A DNA stretch of 64,000 nucleotides from a virus. Taxonomy: Duplodnaviria > Heunggongvirae > Uroviricota > Caudoviricetes. Both the position numbers and the translations under genes were made by a program. This document shows, piece by piece, positions 1 through 7,948 of this stretch. How positions within the stretch are numbered: position 1 is the first letter of the stretch; each line of letters starts with the position of its first letter. The DNA is taken from the IMG/VR virus record IMGVR_UViG_2718218139_000001; one strand, 5' to 3'. The notes under the pieces were generated by a model that saw nothing but the letters and a program-made list of their open reading frames with translations, ran no database searches and was not told the origin of the DNA.

Positions 1-44
1 CTCTTTGTTTAGTTAAAAATACATCGTTGGTATAGGTAGGGATT

Positions 45-70
45 AAGACTAAAACGTTGGTTTGGGGGAA
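45..70 (+). other. crossover site 1 of tail-fibre cassette array (hix/gix/cix-like 12-2-12 site)
   Basis: AAGACTAAAACG-TT-GGTTTGGGGGAA; AAAC-NN-GGTTT signature; right half-site identical in all eight sites. Confidence 0.5.
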
Positions 71-538
71 GGCTCAGCATTGCCCGTTGGCGTGCCCGTT
101 CCGTGGCCCTTAGAAACACCGCCAACGGGGTGGCTGAAATGTAACGGAGCAGCATTTTCTTCTGAAATGTATCCCAAACTGGCAAAGGCCTACCCCACCA
201 ATAAATTACCGGATTTACGGGGAGAATTTATTCGCGGCTGGGATGATGGGCGCGGGGTGGATGCGGGACGTGCTTTATTGAGCATTCAGACAGGAATGCT
301 GGAAAAGCACCGACATATTGTTGTAGCCAATGATGGTTACGACACAAAAGATGAATGGGAGCTGGCGACAATTTTCAAAAAAACATACACACAAGGACGG
401 GGGCTTGATGCCTCAAATACAGGAGGGAATTTGATTCCATCACCGACACTTCATTCTCGAGGGAGTATTGGTAATACTGGCGGGAGTGAAACCCGTCCAC
501 GAAATATCGCATTTAATTACATCGTAAGGGCGGCATAA
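62..538 (+). CDS. promoterless tail-fibre tip cassette 1 (alternative C-terminus of tail fibre)
   Basis: ORF track; conserved N block GEGSALPVGVPVPWP..LPDLRGEFIRGWDDGRG, variable core, conserved C block ETRPRNIAFNYIVRAA shared with 3' end of gene at 4005-6584. Confidence 0.8.
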   Translation: MGEGSALPVGVPVPWPLETPPTGWLKCNGAAFSSEMYPKLAKAYPTNKLPDLRGEFIRGWDDGRGVDAGRALLSIQTGMLEKHRHIVVANDGYDTKDEWELATIFKKTYTQGRGLDASNTGGNLIPSPTLHSRGSIGNTGGSETRPRNIAFNYIVRAA

Positions 539-557
539 AAACGTTGGTTTGGGGGAA
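532..557 (+). other. crossover site 2 (hix/gix/cix-like)
   Basis: GGCATAAAAACG-TT-GGTTTGGGGGAA; overlaps stop codon of cassette 1. Confidence 0.5.
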
Positions 558-1010
558 GGCTCTGCACTGCCTGTTGGTGTACCTGTTCCGTGGCCCTCAG
601 CCACTCCGCCAACGGGGTGGCTGAAATGTAACGGAGCAGCATTTTCTTCTGAAAAGTACCCAAATCTGGCAAAGGCTTACCCTACTAATAAATTGCCGGA
701 TTTACGCGGTGAATTTATTCGTGGCTGGGATGACGGACGTGGTGTGGATGCCGGGCGACAATTATTATCTTCACAGGGGGATGCAATAAGAAATATTGAG
801 GGGTTCGCCGATGGCGGGATTGGCATGTCTTTTGATGCAATCAGAGGGGCTTTTTATGATGCAGGAACACGATCTGCGAGAATGCCGAATAACACAACTG
901 ATATAGGCAAAACCGATGACCTTGGATTCGACGCCTCTCGTGTCGTGCCAACAGCTAATGAAAACCGTCCTCGTAATATTGCCTTTAATTATATCGTAAG
1001 GGCGGCATAA
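549..1010 (+). CDS. promoterless tail-fibre tip cassette 2
   Basis: ORF track; same conserved flanking blocks, different variable core. Confidence 0.8.
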   Translation: MGEGSALPVGVPVPWPSATPPTGWLKCNGAAFSSEKYPNLAKAYPTNKLPDLRGEFIRGWDDGRGVDAGRQLLSSQGDAIRNIEGFADGGIGMSFDAIRGAFYDAGTRSARMPNNTTDIGKTDDLGFDASRVVPTANENRPRNIAFNYIVRAA

Positions 1011-1029
1011 AAACGTTGGTTTGGGGGAA
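1004..1029 (+). other. crossover site 3 (hix/gix/cix-like)
   Basis: GGCATAAAAACG-TT-GGTTTGGGGGAA. Confidence 0.5.
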
Positions 1030-1488
1030 GGCTCGGCACTGCCCGTTGGTGTACCTGTTCCATGGCCCTCAGCCACACCGCCAACGGGGTGGCTGAAATG
1101 CAATGGTGCAGCATTTTCTTCTGAAAAGTACCCAAATCTGGCAAAGGTTTACCCTACTAATAAATTGCCGGATCTACGGGGCGAATTTATTCGCGGCTGG
1201 GATGACGGGCGGGGGATTGACTCTGGCCGTAATTTATTATCTGCACAGAATGATGCAATTCAGAATATTGTTGGTTCTTTCGGGCGTACTCAGCTTTTTA
1301 GAGATGTACTTAGTTCAGGGCCATTTAGTCAACATGGTCAAGTATTATCTACAGGCCTAAAGGAAACGGAAATTATTGAGGGTTATGGCTCTTATAACTG
1401 GACATTCGACGCCTCTCGCTCAGTTCGTACAGCATCTGAAACCCGCCCCCGTAATATTGCATTTAATTACATCGTAAGGGCGGCATAA
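1021..1488 (+). CDS. promoterless tail-fibre tip cassette 3
   Basis: ORF track; conserved flanking blocks. Confidence 0.8.
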   Translation: MGEGSALPVGVPVPWPSATPPTGWLKCNGAAFSSEKYPNLAKVYPTNKLPDLRGEFIRGWDDGRGIDSGRNLLSAQNDAIQNIVGSFGRTQLFRDVLSSGPFSQHGQVLSTGLKETEIIEGYGSYNWTFDASRSVRTASETRPRNIAFNYIVRAA

Positions 1489-1507
1489 AAACGTTGGTTT
1501 GGGGGAA
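1482..1507 (+). other. crossover site 4 (hix/gix/cix-like)
   Basis: GGCATAAAAACG-TT-GGTTTGGGGGAA. Confidence 0.5.
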
Positions 1508-1927
1508 GGCTCTGCACTGCCTGTTGGTGTGCCCGTTCCGTGGCCCTTAGAAACACCACCAACGGGCTGGCTAAAATGCAATGGTGCAGCATTTTCTTCT
1601 GAAATGTATCCCAAACTGGCAAAAGCCTACCCCACCAATAAATTACCGGATTTACGCGGTGAATTTATCCGTGGCTGGGATGATGGGCGCGGGATTGATG
1701 CGGGACGTACCCTGCTTTCAGGGCAGGATGGTACAAGTTTTTCTCATTACGGAGGTAATTTCGACATTGGGTCTGGTCATTCAATCAATAACTATGACCA
1801 AATTGTTTCTAACCAACCAGGATTTTCCCGTTTTTCATTTGCAGGGCCTTCACGAGGTGATGGGGTTAATTATGTAACCATTCGTCCTCGTAACATTGCG
1901 TTTAATTATATCGTAAGGGCGGCATGA
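1499..1927 (+). CDS. promoterless tail-fibre tip cassette 4
   Basis: ORF track; variable core related to cassette 6 (..NQPGFSRF..). Confidence 0.8.
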   Translation: MGEGSALPVGVPVPWPLETPPTGWLKCNGAAFSSEMYPKLAKAYPTNKLPDLRGEFIRGWDDGRGIDAGRTLLSGQDGTSFSHYGGNFDIGSGHSINNYDQIVSNQPGFSRFSFAGPSRGDGVNYVTIRPRNIAFNYIVRAA

Positions 1928-1946
1928 AAACGTTGGTTTAGGGGAA
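1921..1946 (+). other. crossover site 5 (hix/gix/cix-like)
   Basis: GGCATGAAAACG-TT-GGTTTAGGGGAA. Confidence 0.45.
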
Positions 1947-2441
1947 GGCTCGGCGCTGCCCGTTGGTGTACCTATTCCATGGCCCTCAGCCACACCGCCA
2001 ACGGGGTGGCTGAAATGCAATGGTGCAGCATTTTCTTCTGAAAAGTACCCAAATCTGGCAAAGGTTTACCCAACGTTAAAATTACCTGATTTACGCGGTG
2101 AATTTATCCGTGGCTGGGATGATGGGCGCGGGGTGGATGCTGGCCGCGCTTTGCTTAATTGGCAGCCACACACAATTTTGGACCATGCACACTATATGGA
2201 ATTATGGACAGGGGACGGACTCGCCGCAGGAAGTGCACGGGAAGGCGTAAATCCAGGAATACTAGCTACATACGGTGACGGGGGAATAGTTAAAACGGAC
2301 GAACCCGGTCATAAGGTGCCTTCCTCACTACGAGCTATTAGCTCTCGTAGTGTTAAACGTTATGGTGAAATTAGTGGAAATGTAGGTACAGAAACTCGCC
2401 CTCGCAACGTTGCATTTAATTATATCGTAAGGGCGGCATAA
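1938..2441 (+). CDS. promoterless tail-fibre tip cassette 5 (no start codon; open frame from site to stop)
   Basis: manual translation in frame from the crossover site gives GLGEGSALPVGVPIPWP...ETRPRNVAFNYIVRAA without stops; ORF track only reports 2133-2441 because no start codon precedes. Confidence 0.7.
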   Translation, partial: LGEGSALPVGVPIPWPSATPPTGWLKCNGAAFSSEKYPNLAKVYPTLKLPDLRGEFIRGWDDGRGVDAGRALLNWQPHTILDHAHYMELWTGDGLAAGSAREGVNPGILATYGDGGIVKTDEPGHKVPSSLRAISSRSVKRYGEISGNVGTETRPRNVAFNYIVRAA

Positions 2442-2460
2442 AAACGTTGGTTTAGGGGAA
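2435..2460 (+). other. crossover site 6 (hix/gix/cix-like)
   Basis: GGCATAAAAACG-TT-GGTTTAGGGGAA. Confidence 0.45.
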
Positions 2461-2880
2461 GGCTCGGCGCTGCCCGTTGGTGTACCTGTTCCATGGCCCT
2501 CCGCCACACCACCAACGGGGTGGCTGAAATGTAACGGAGCAGCATTTTCTTCTGAAAAGTACCCAAATCTGGCAAAGGTTTACCCCACTAATAAATTGCC
2601 GGATCTACGGGGCGAATTTATTCGAGGTTGGGATGATGGACGAGGTGTGGACAATGGGCGAGCATTATTAAGCAGCCAAGAGGCTACAAACTTTTCTCAG
2701 CGTGCCGGAAATATAGGCGATGGTGCAGGGCACGCAATTAATTTTCATGATGGCATCGTCGGAAATCAGCCAGGATTTTCACGATTTAATTTCACCAGTA
2801 ACTCTGTAGGTGATGGTATAAATTTTGTTGCTGTCAGGCCGCGAAATATCGCATTTAATTACATCGTAAGGGCGGCATAA
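2452..2880 (+). CDS. promoterless tail-fibre tip cassette 6
   Basis: open frame from site to stop at 2878-2880; ORF track 2596-2880 is its 3' part. Confidence 0.7.
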   Translation, partial: LGEGSALPVGVPVPWPSATPPTGWLKCNGAAFSSEKYPNLAKVYPTNKLPDLRGEFIRGWDDGRGVDNGRALLSSQEATNFSQRAGNIGDGAGHAINFHDGIVGNQPGFSRFNFTSNSVGDGINFVAVRPRNIAFNYIVRAA

Positions 2881-2899
2881 AAACGTTGGTTTAGGGGAA
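2874..2899 (+). other. crossover site 7 (hix/gix/cix-like)
   Basis: GGCATAAAAACG-TT-GGTTTAGGGGAA. Confidence 0.45.
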
Positions 2900-3388
2900 G
2901 GCTCGGCGCTGCCCGTTGGTGTACCTATTCCATGGCCCTCAGCCACACCGCCAACGGGGTGGCTGAAATGCAATGGTGCAGCATTTTCTTCTGAAAAGTA
3001 CCCAAATCTGGCAAAGGTTTACCCAACGTTAAAATTACCTGATTTACGCGGTGAGTTTATCCGTGGCTGGGATGATGGGCGAGGGATTGACTCTGGTCGC
3101 TCTATTTTAAGCGAGCAAGGATATGCAACGGAGGATCATGCTCACGGATTACCGTCAAAATCAACCGTAGCAACTGACCGCTCAATTAATTTCTACTTTG
3201 ACGAGGCATGGGCTACTAGTGGTAATACGGGAGTTATCAGATGGGGGAACACAAGCGATGCAGGATTGCCAGCCCCTAATTATGGAACTTTTAAAACATA
3301 TAAACAGTCCGTAGCTAATTTAGGTACTGCTGGCTTAGAAACCCGCCCTCGTAATATTGCATTTAATTATATTGTGAGGGCGGATTAA
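2891..3388 (+). CDS. promoterless tail-fibre tip cassette 7
   Basis: manual translation in frame: conserved N block ... ETRPRNIAFNYIVRAD then TAA at 3386-3388; no start codon so absent from ORF track. Confidence 0.65.
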   Translation, partial: LGEGSALPVGVPIPWPSATPPTGWLKCNGAAFSSEKYPNLAKVYPTLKLPDLRGEFIRGWDDGRGIDSGRSILSEQGYATEDHAHGLPSKSTVATDRSINFYFDEAWATSGNTGVIRWGNTSDAGLPAPNYGTFKTYKQSVANLGTAGLETRPRNIAFNYIVRAD

Positions 3389-3393
3389 TTATA

Positions 3394-4005
3394 TCAACTG
3401 GCTGTAGAAAGTTGTTTTTCAGGCCAGTTGAGATCTGGTGCCGTGGTTAAATCCATCGCGTTCAGCTCGTCTATATAATCTAGCACGGAGTTAAGCTGCG
3501 TGGTTTCTGCCTGCGTCAACTTCCGTCCAGCCCGTAATTTCAACTGAATCAGACTAATGGAATCCATCGCAGTATCAATCAATGACTGACGTTTTGTTTC
3601 TGCTGCCTCTACAGCTGCACTATGTTGAGCCTCAGTATCAACCACCCATTTCTCTCCATCCCATTTGTCGTATGGTGTTAGCGGGGCGATAGTGGTTGTA
3701 TTTTCCGGATAGTCACCCAACACCGTGATTTCTTCGGGATTCCCAGTGTCAATGCTATAGACAGTTTCGCCACGATGATCTGGCACATACTCCCATGAAC
3801 TTAAATCCTCTGAACGGAGAATCGCATAACCTGCTTTATGTGAGCCTGGAGCATCCAAACAAGAATTTGCCGGAATACCAACGCCAACAGCAAGATATTC
3901 AGTTGATGCAGAAATATATTCCCGATTACCACCATCATAGTTATAAACGATAATGTTTCCTGCCTGTATGGCTATAAGTTCGCTATTTAATATCGCATTA
4001 TCCAT
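3394..4005 (-). CDS. tail fibre assembly chaperone (Tfa / Mu-U-like)
   Basis: 203 aa; N-terminal ..YNYDGG..EY.. and C-terminal Tfa-type motifs; start ATG overlaps stop of fibre gene (TAATG). Confidence 0.8.
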   Translation of the reverse strand: MDNAILNSELIAIQAGNIIVYNYDGGNREYISASTEYLAVGVGIPANSCLDAPGSHKAGYAILRSEDLSSWEYVPDHRGETVYSIDTGNPEEITVLGDYPENTTTIAPLTPYDKWDGEKWVVDTEAQHSAAVEAAETKRQSLIDTAMDSISLIQLKLRAGRKLTQAETTQLNSVLDYIDELNAMDLTTAPDLNWPEKQLSTAS

Positions 4006-6584
4006 TATGCTGCTCTCACAATATAATTGAAGGCAATGTTACGTGGGCGGGTTTCATTCCCCCCAGATAACTCCGTTCTGTATTGACTGGTAAATTTACC
4101 ATTAATCGCTCCTTGCCGGACGGCGTTATCTGTCGACAACAGACTATCCCCCCCTCTGTCATTTGGCACCAATACCGTGTTATCCCACGCGTCCCATGAC
4201 CGAATATTATGATAATGACTTCCTGTTAACCACCCCTGTATGCTTAAGATGACCCTTCCCGCATCCACACCTCGCCCATCATCCCAACCACGGATAAACT
4301 CACCGCGTAAATCCGGTAATTTATTGGTGGGGTAGGCCTTTGCCAGTTTGGGATACATTTCAGAAGAAAATGCTGCACCATTGCATTTTAGCCAGCCCGT
4401 TGGTGGTGTTTCTAAGGGCCACGGAACGGGCACACCAACAGGCAGTGCAGAGCCTTCCCCCAAACCAAGGTAATCAAGAACGCTCTGAATACTGGTCTTA
4501 CCAAGAATGGCGCGTCCAACACTTGTCAATGCAGTTAACGCGGCACGATCAACACCTGTGAAATAAGGGAGTTTATCTGCTGCTGTAGCTAGTGCCGCTA
4601 GAGCAGTGAGCGTAGCGTCTGCCGCTTGCTTTCCATTAGCCAAATCATATGCAGCCTTGACAGCTTTCGGTGTGGCGGCCAGCACTTCAGACGTGCTGTT
4701 AGTGGCACTACTGAGCTGAGTGATGCCTTTCGCTGTCAATGAAGCTGTTGGCACACCAGTGATCTGATTCCAGGGATGTGTATGACTGGATGGTGCCTTT
4801 CCGGCTGCTAGATCGTATGCAGCTTTAACCGCTTTTGGAGTTGCAGCTAATGTTTCAGAAGTGCTGTTGGTGTCGCTACTGAGCTGAACTATCCCTTTTT
4901 GTGTCGTGGTTGCATCCTGGGCTGTATACTTCCCGTTAGCCAAATCATATGCAGCCTTGACAGCTTTCGGTGTGGCGGCCAGCACTTCGGACGTACTGTT
5001 AGTGGCACTACTGAGCTGAGTGATGCCTTTCGCTGTCAATGAAGCTGTTGGCACACCAGTGATCTGATTCCAGGGATGTGTATGACTGGATGGTGCCTTT
5101 CCGGCTGCTAGATCGTATGCAGCTTTAACCGCTTTTGGAGTTGCAGCTAATGTTTCAGAAGTGCTGTTGGTGTCGCTACTGAGCTGAACTATCCCTTTTT
5201 GTGTCGTGGTTGCATCCTGGGCTGTATACTTCCCGTTAGCCAGGTCATATGCAGCCTTGACAGCTTTCGGTGTGGCGGCCAGCACTTCAGACGTGCTGTT
5301 AGTGGCACTACTGAGCTGAGTGATGCCTTTCGCTGTCAATGAAGCTGTTGGCACACCAGTGATCTGATTCCAGGGATGTGTATGACTGGATGGTGCCTTT
5401 CCGGCTGCTAGATCGTATGCAGCTTTAACCGCTTTTGGAGTTGCAGCTAATGTTTCAGAAGTGCTGTTGGTGTCGCTACTGAGCTGAACTATCCCTTTTT
5501 GTGTCGTGGTTGCATCCTGGGCTGTATACTTCCCGTTAGCCAGGTCATATGCAGCCTTGACAGCTTTCGGTGTGGCGGCCAGCACTTCAGACGTGCTGTT
5601 AGTGGCACTACTGAGCTGAGTGATGCCTTTCGCTGTCAATGAAGCTGTTGGCACACCAGTGATCTGATTCCAGGGATGTGTATGACTGGATGGTGCCTTT
5701 CCGGCTGCTAGATCGTATGCAGCTTTAACCGCTTTTGGAGTTGCAGCTAATGTTTCAGAAGTGCTGTTGGTGTCGCTACTGAGCTGAACTATCCCTTTTT
5801 GTGTCGTGGTTGCATCCTGGGCTGTATACTTCCCGTTAGCCAGGTCATATGCAGCCTTGACAGCTTTCGGTGTGGCGGCCAGCACTTCGGACGTACTGTT
5901 AGTGGCACTACTGAGCTGAACTAATCCCTTTTGCGTTGTGCTTGCATCCTGCGCCGTATATTTGCTTTTCGCCAGATCGTAGGCTTTTTTAACTGCCAGC
6001 GAACTCGCAGCAACATCACTTCTGGTACTGGTTACAGAGTCTGAAATATCAATGCCGATCGTGCGGTTGATACGCTCGGATGTATCAATCATCTCTTGAG
6101 TAATGGTAGATACGCCAGCAGGGATATTCACCGTACAAACCAGCAGTTCCCCATCACCTAACTGATATGAATCGGTATAGGTTCTGGCAACAAATTCAGC
6201 TGCATGAATATGTGACGCGGTATTCACCTGATAGGTATCTTCTCCAAGAAGGTATCTTCCCTTCAGCACAATTGCATATTTCTTGCCTGCGTTAAGTGCA
6301 AGAGAGATATCCTTACGATGCTGAATAGTTACCTGGTAGAATTCACCAATATCCACTGACGCCGCGCCAGCGGTTTTATCTCCATCCACTGAGGTGATTA
6401 ACAGGTTCATTCCACCGCCAGGCTTAGGCAAGAAACCAGCATAAAATCCCGGGTCAACAATTCCCCTGAATTTTCGGTTTAGAGCGGCTGACAGATATGG
6501 TTCGTGGTATTGCACATCAGCCACCAGAGCCAACGACTCGGGTGATGGGTAAGTAACCGATGTAACAACTGTAACGTCATTCAT
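4005..6584 (-). CDS. tail fibre protein (P1 S-like): constant part, repeat shaft and currently expressed tip
   Basis: ORF track 4005-6671; start placed at ATG 6584 preceded by AAGGA; C-terminus carries the same conserved blocks as the cassettes. Confidence 0.85.
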   Translation of the reverse strand: MNDVTVVTSVTYPSPESLALVADVQYHEPYLSAALNRKFRGIVDPGFYAGFLPKPGGGMNLLITSVDGDKTAGAASVDIGEFYQVTIQHRKDISLALNAGKKYAIVLKGRYLLGEDTYQVNTASHIHAAEFVARTYTDSYQLGDGELLVCTVNIPAGVSTITQEMIDTSERINRTIGIDISDSVTSTRSDVAASSLAVKKAYDLAKSKYTAQDASTTQKGLVQLSSATNSTSEVLAATPKAVKAAYDLANGKYTAQDATTTQKGIVQLSSDTNSTSETLAATPKAVKAAYDLAAGKAPSSHTHPWNQITGVPTASLTAKGITQLSSATNSTSEVLAATPKAVKAAYDLANGKYTAQDATTTQKGIVQLSSDTNSTSETLAATPKAVKAAYDLAAGKAPSSHTHPWNQITGVPTASLTAKGITQLSSATNSTSEVLAATPKAVKAAYDLANGKYTAQDATTTQKGIVQLSSDTNSTSETLAATPKAVKAAYDLAAGKAPSSHTHPWNQITGVPTASLTAKGITQLSSATNSTSEVLAATPKAVKAAYDLANGKYTAQDATTTQKGIVQLSSDTNSTSETLAATPKAVKAAYDLAAGKAPSSHTHPWNQITGVPTASLTAKGITQLSSATNSTSEVLAATPKAVKAAYDLANGKQAADATLTALAALATAADKLPYFTGVDRAALTALTSVGRAILGKTSIQSVLDYLGLGEGSALPVGVPVPWPLETPPTGWLKCNGAAFSSEMYPKLAKAYPTNKLPDLRGEFIRGWDDGRGVDAGRVILSIQGWLTGSHYHNIRSWDAWDNTVLVPNDRGGDSLLSTDNAVRQGAINGKFTSQYRTELSGGNETRPRNIAFNYIVRAA
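4455..4480 (-). other. crossover site inside expressed tail-fibre gene (inverted relative to cassette sites)
   Basis: TTCCCCCAAACC-AA-GGTAATCAAGAA on + strand; homology with cassettes begins exactly at the core; outer half-site TTCTTGATTACC resembles hixL half-site. Confidence 0.55.
4635..5918. repeat. about 4.3 tandem copies of a near-identical 300-bp coding repeat in the fibre shaft
   Basis: sequence lines 4681-4920, 4981-5220, 5281-5520, 5581-5820 are essentially identical; encodes repeated LAATPKAVKAAYDLA units. Confidence 0.9.
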
Positions 6585-6595
6585 CAAGCATATCC

Positions 6596-7030
6596 TTATG
6601 CTGTAGTCGAGTTTATGGCCATAACTGCGGTATATGTTTTGCCCACATACAGCGAGTCTTCTTGGACACAAATAATGGCGATTGGCTTATTCTCGTTATC
6701 CAGAACAACCAGAGTGTTGAATGGGTAGTTTTTCCCTTCCTGCAACTGACTTTGATCAAGGTCCATTCGGACAGTAATTATCCCGCCTGAGTAGGTTGGG
6801 ACGAGGTTGATGGTGCAAAATTGACTGGTCAGTTCTGCCAGATCGAAAGCCTTTGGCAGTTCTCCAATCTCATAAGTGCCATCTCCTTTCTTAGTAACCA
6901 GTGAACTGGTACCGAAAACGGCCTTGCTGATTAAAAATCGAGAGCCTTTGTTAATGGACGATTCAGCGCGCCGCTGATAGTAATAGTCCAACAACTGACT
7001 CTTATAGAGGTTTGTTGAGACGTCAGACAT
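6596..7030 (-). CDS. tail fibre-associated structural protein (P1 R-like by position)
   Basis: ORF track, 144 aa, directly upstream of fibre gene. Confidence 0.55.
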   Translation of the reverse strand: MSDVSTNLYKSQLLDYYYQRRAESSINKGSRFLISKAVFGTSSLVTKKGDGTYEIGELPKAFDLAELTSQFCTINLVPTYSGGIITVRMDLDQSQLQEGKNYPFNTLVVLDNENKPIAIICVQEDSLYVGKTYTAVMAINSTTA

Positions 7031-7060
7031 GATTTTCCCTAATCAATGTTGTGAAGCCTC

Positions 7061-7081
7061 ATTGTAAGATAAGTAACTTGT
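7061..7081 (-). promoter_or_regulatory. late-promoter-like motif (ACAAGTTACT-N5-TACAAT) upstream of R-S-tfa operon
   Basis: one of four copies of the motif AACAAnTnACT-N5-TAnAAT found 25-35 nt upstream of late operon starts. Confidence 0.4.
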
Positions 7082-7105
7082 CACCCCGCCCTGCGGACGG
7101 GGTGA
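7081..7105 (-). other. GC-rich stem-loop between gene at 7109-7948 and late promoter
   Basis: TCACCCCG-loop-CGGGGTGA, 8-bp stem; no T-run. Confidence 0.4.
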
Positions 7106-7108
7106 TTG

Positions 7109-7948
7109 TCACGCATCGCTATCCAACAGCAAATCATCTGCGCGGGTGCGATCAAACGTAGGCGTTGCTTTCACAATAGTGCCGCCCGGCGTTGCAGTGA
7201 TCGGGGCGTTAATCGACGTAACTTCAGTAAGCGAAGTTGTATCCGAAGTTTCAAACCAGCAGAATGCTTTTTCGGTATCAGAAATCTCATTCAAAGTGAT
7301 CATGTCGGCCTGTTCATTTACAACAACCGACAAATAGAGCGTAAGCCCATCAAACACTATATGCAGTGGCAGTAGAGGCTTTACGAACTGATTAAACTTT
7401 CTGAGAATTTCTTCTGTAATTGCGGACTGATCTATCGTTCCAGTAATACCCATTGTCCGGGCCAAGTCGTTTATGGGAATACTGATCATTCCTCTGGAAG
7501 TCAGAAACATCTCGCCGAATGTGCCGCCGGTGGTTTCCAGTGTGCTTTCTGGAATCAGGACCGTGCCATAGGGATGACGTTCAAAGTCCACCGGAGCATA
7601 TATGGGATCCCATAAAACCGATATACCGTTAAATTCGCGATAAATTGTCTGGTTTATAGGGCGTTCAGTACCCTTAAAATGGATCTCATCAAACCGCTGT
7701 TGTAACAACATCGGAACGGAAGATGAATTCGACGTTCTGATAGTAAAAAACTGGCCAAGTTCATTTGTCCTAGTCTCCAGATCCTCCTTGCTCATGGAGA
7801 AAATAGACTTCCGGTTGGTAATTCGCTCCAACCATGGGTCAACAAAGGTGTCCATCATTGACTGAACCAAATCAGCCAATGATTTATAAAGTAATGACTT
7901 TTGCTTAGCTGATGTAAGCCGGTTATTAAACCAGGAACGCTGCATCAC
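7109..7948 (-). CDS. baseplate/tail structural protein (P1 gene 16 region)
   Basis: ORF track 279 aa in tail operon. Confidence 0.5.
   Translation of the reverse strand: MMQRSWFNNRLTSAKQKSLLYKSLADLVQSMMDTFVDPWLERITNRKSIFSMSKEDLETRTNELGQFFTIRTSNSSSVPMLLQQRFDEIHFKGTERPINQTIYREFNGISVLWDPIYAPVDFERHPYGTVLIPESTLETTGGTFGEMFLTSRGMISIPINDLARTMGITGTIDQSAITEEILRKFNQFVKPLLPLHIVFDGLTLYLSVVVNEQADMITLNEISDTEKAFCWFETSDTTSLTEVTSINAPITATPGGTIVKATPTFDRTRADDLLLDSDA

Noticed and set aside
1-44. Possible end of an invertase gene or enhancer at the left window edge
   Set aside because: Too short to read; no ORF or recognisable motif within the 44 bp available.
771-2973. ORF-track ORFs on the minus strand or in alternative frames inside the cassette array (771-1103, 1103-1360, 1420-1614, 1581-1877, 2779-2973)
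   Set aside because: They overlap the conserved cassette coding frame, repeat because the cassettes repeat, and have no ribosome-binding site; artefacts of the repeated sequence.
62-3388. Cassette array as a diversity-generating retroelement or as a CRISPR array
   Set aside because: No reverse transcriptase and no template/variable repeat pair with adenine-specific differences. The repeats are about 480 bp coding units, not short direct repeats with spacers.
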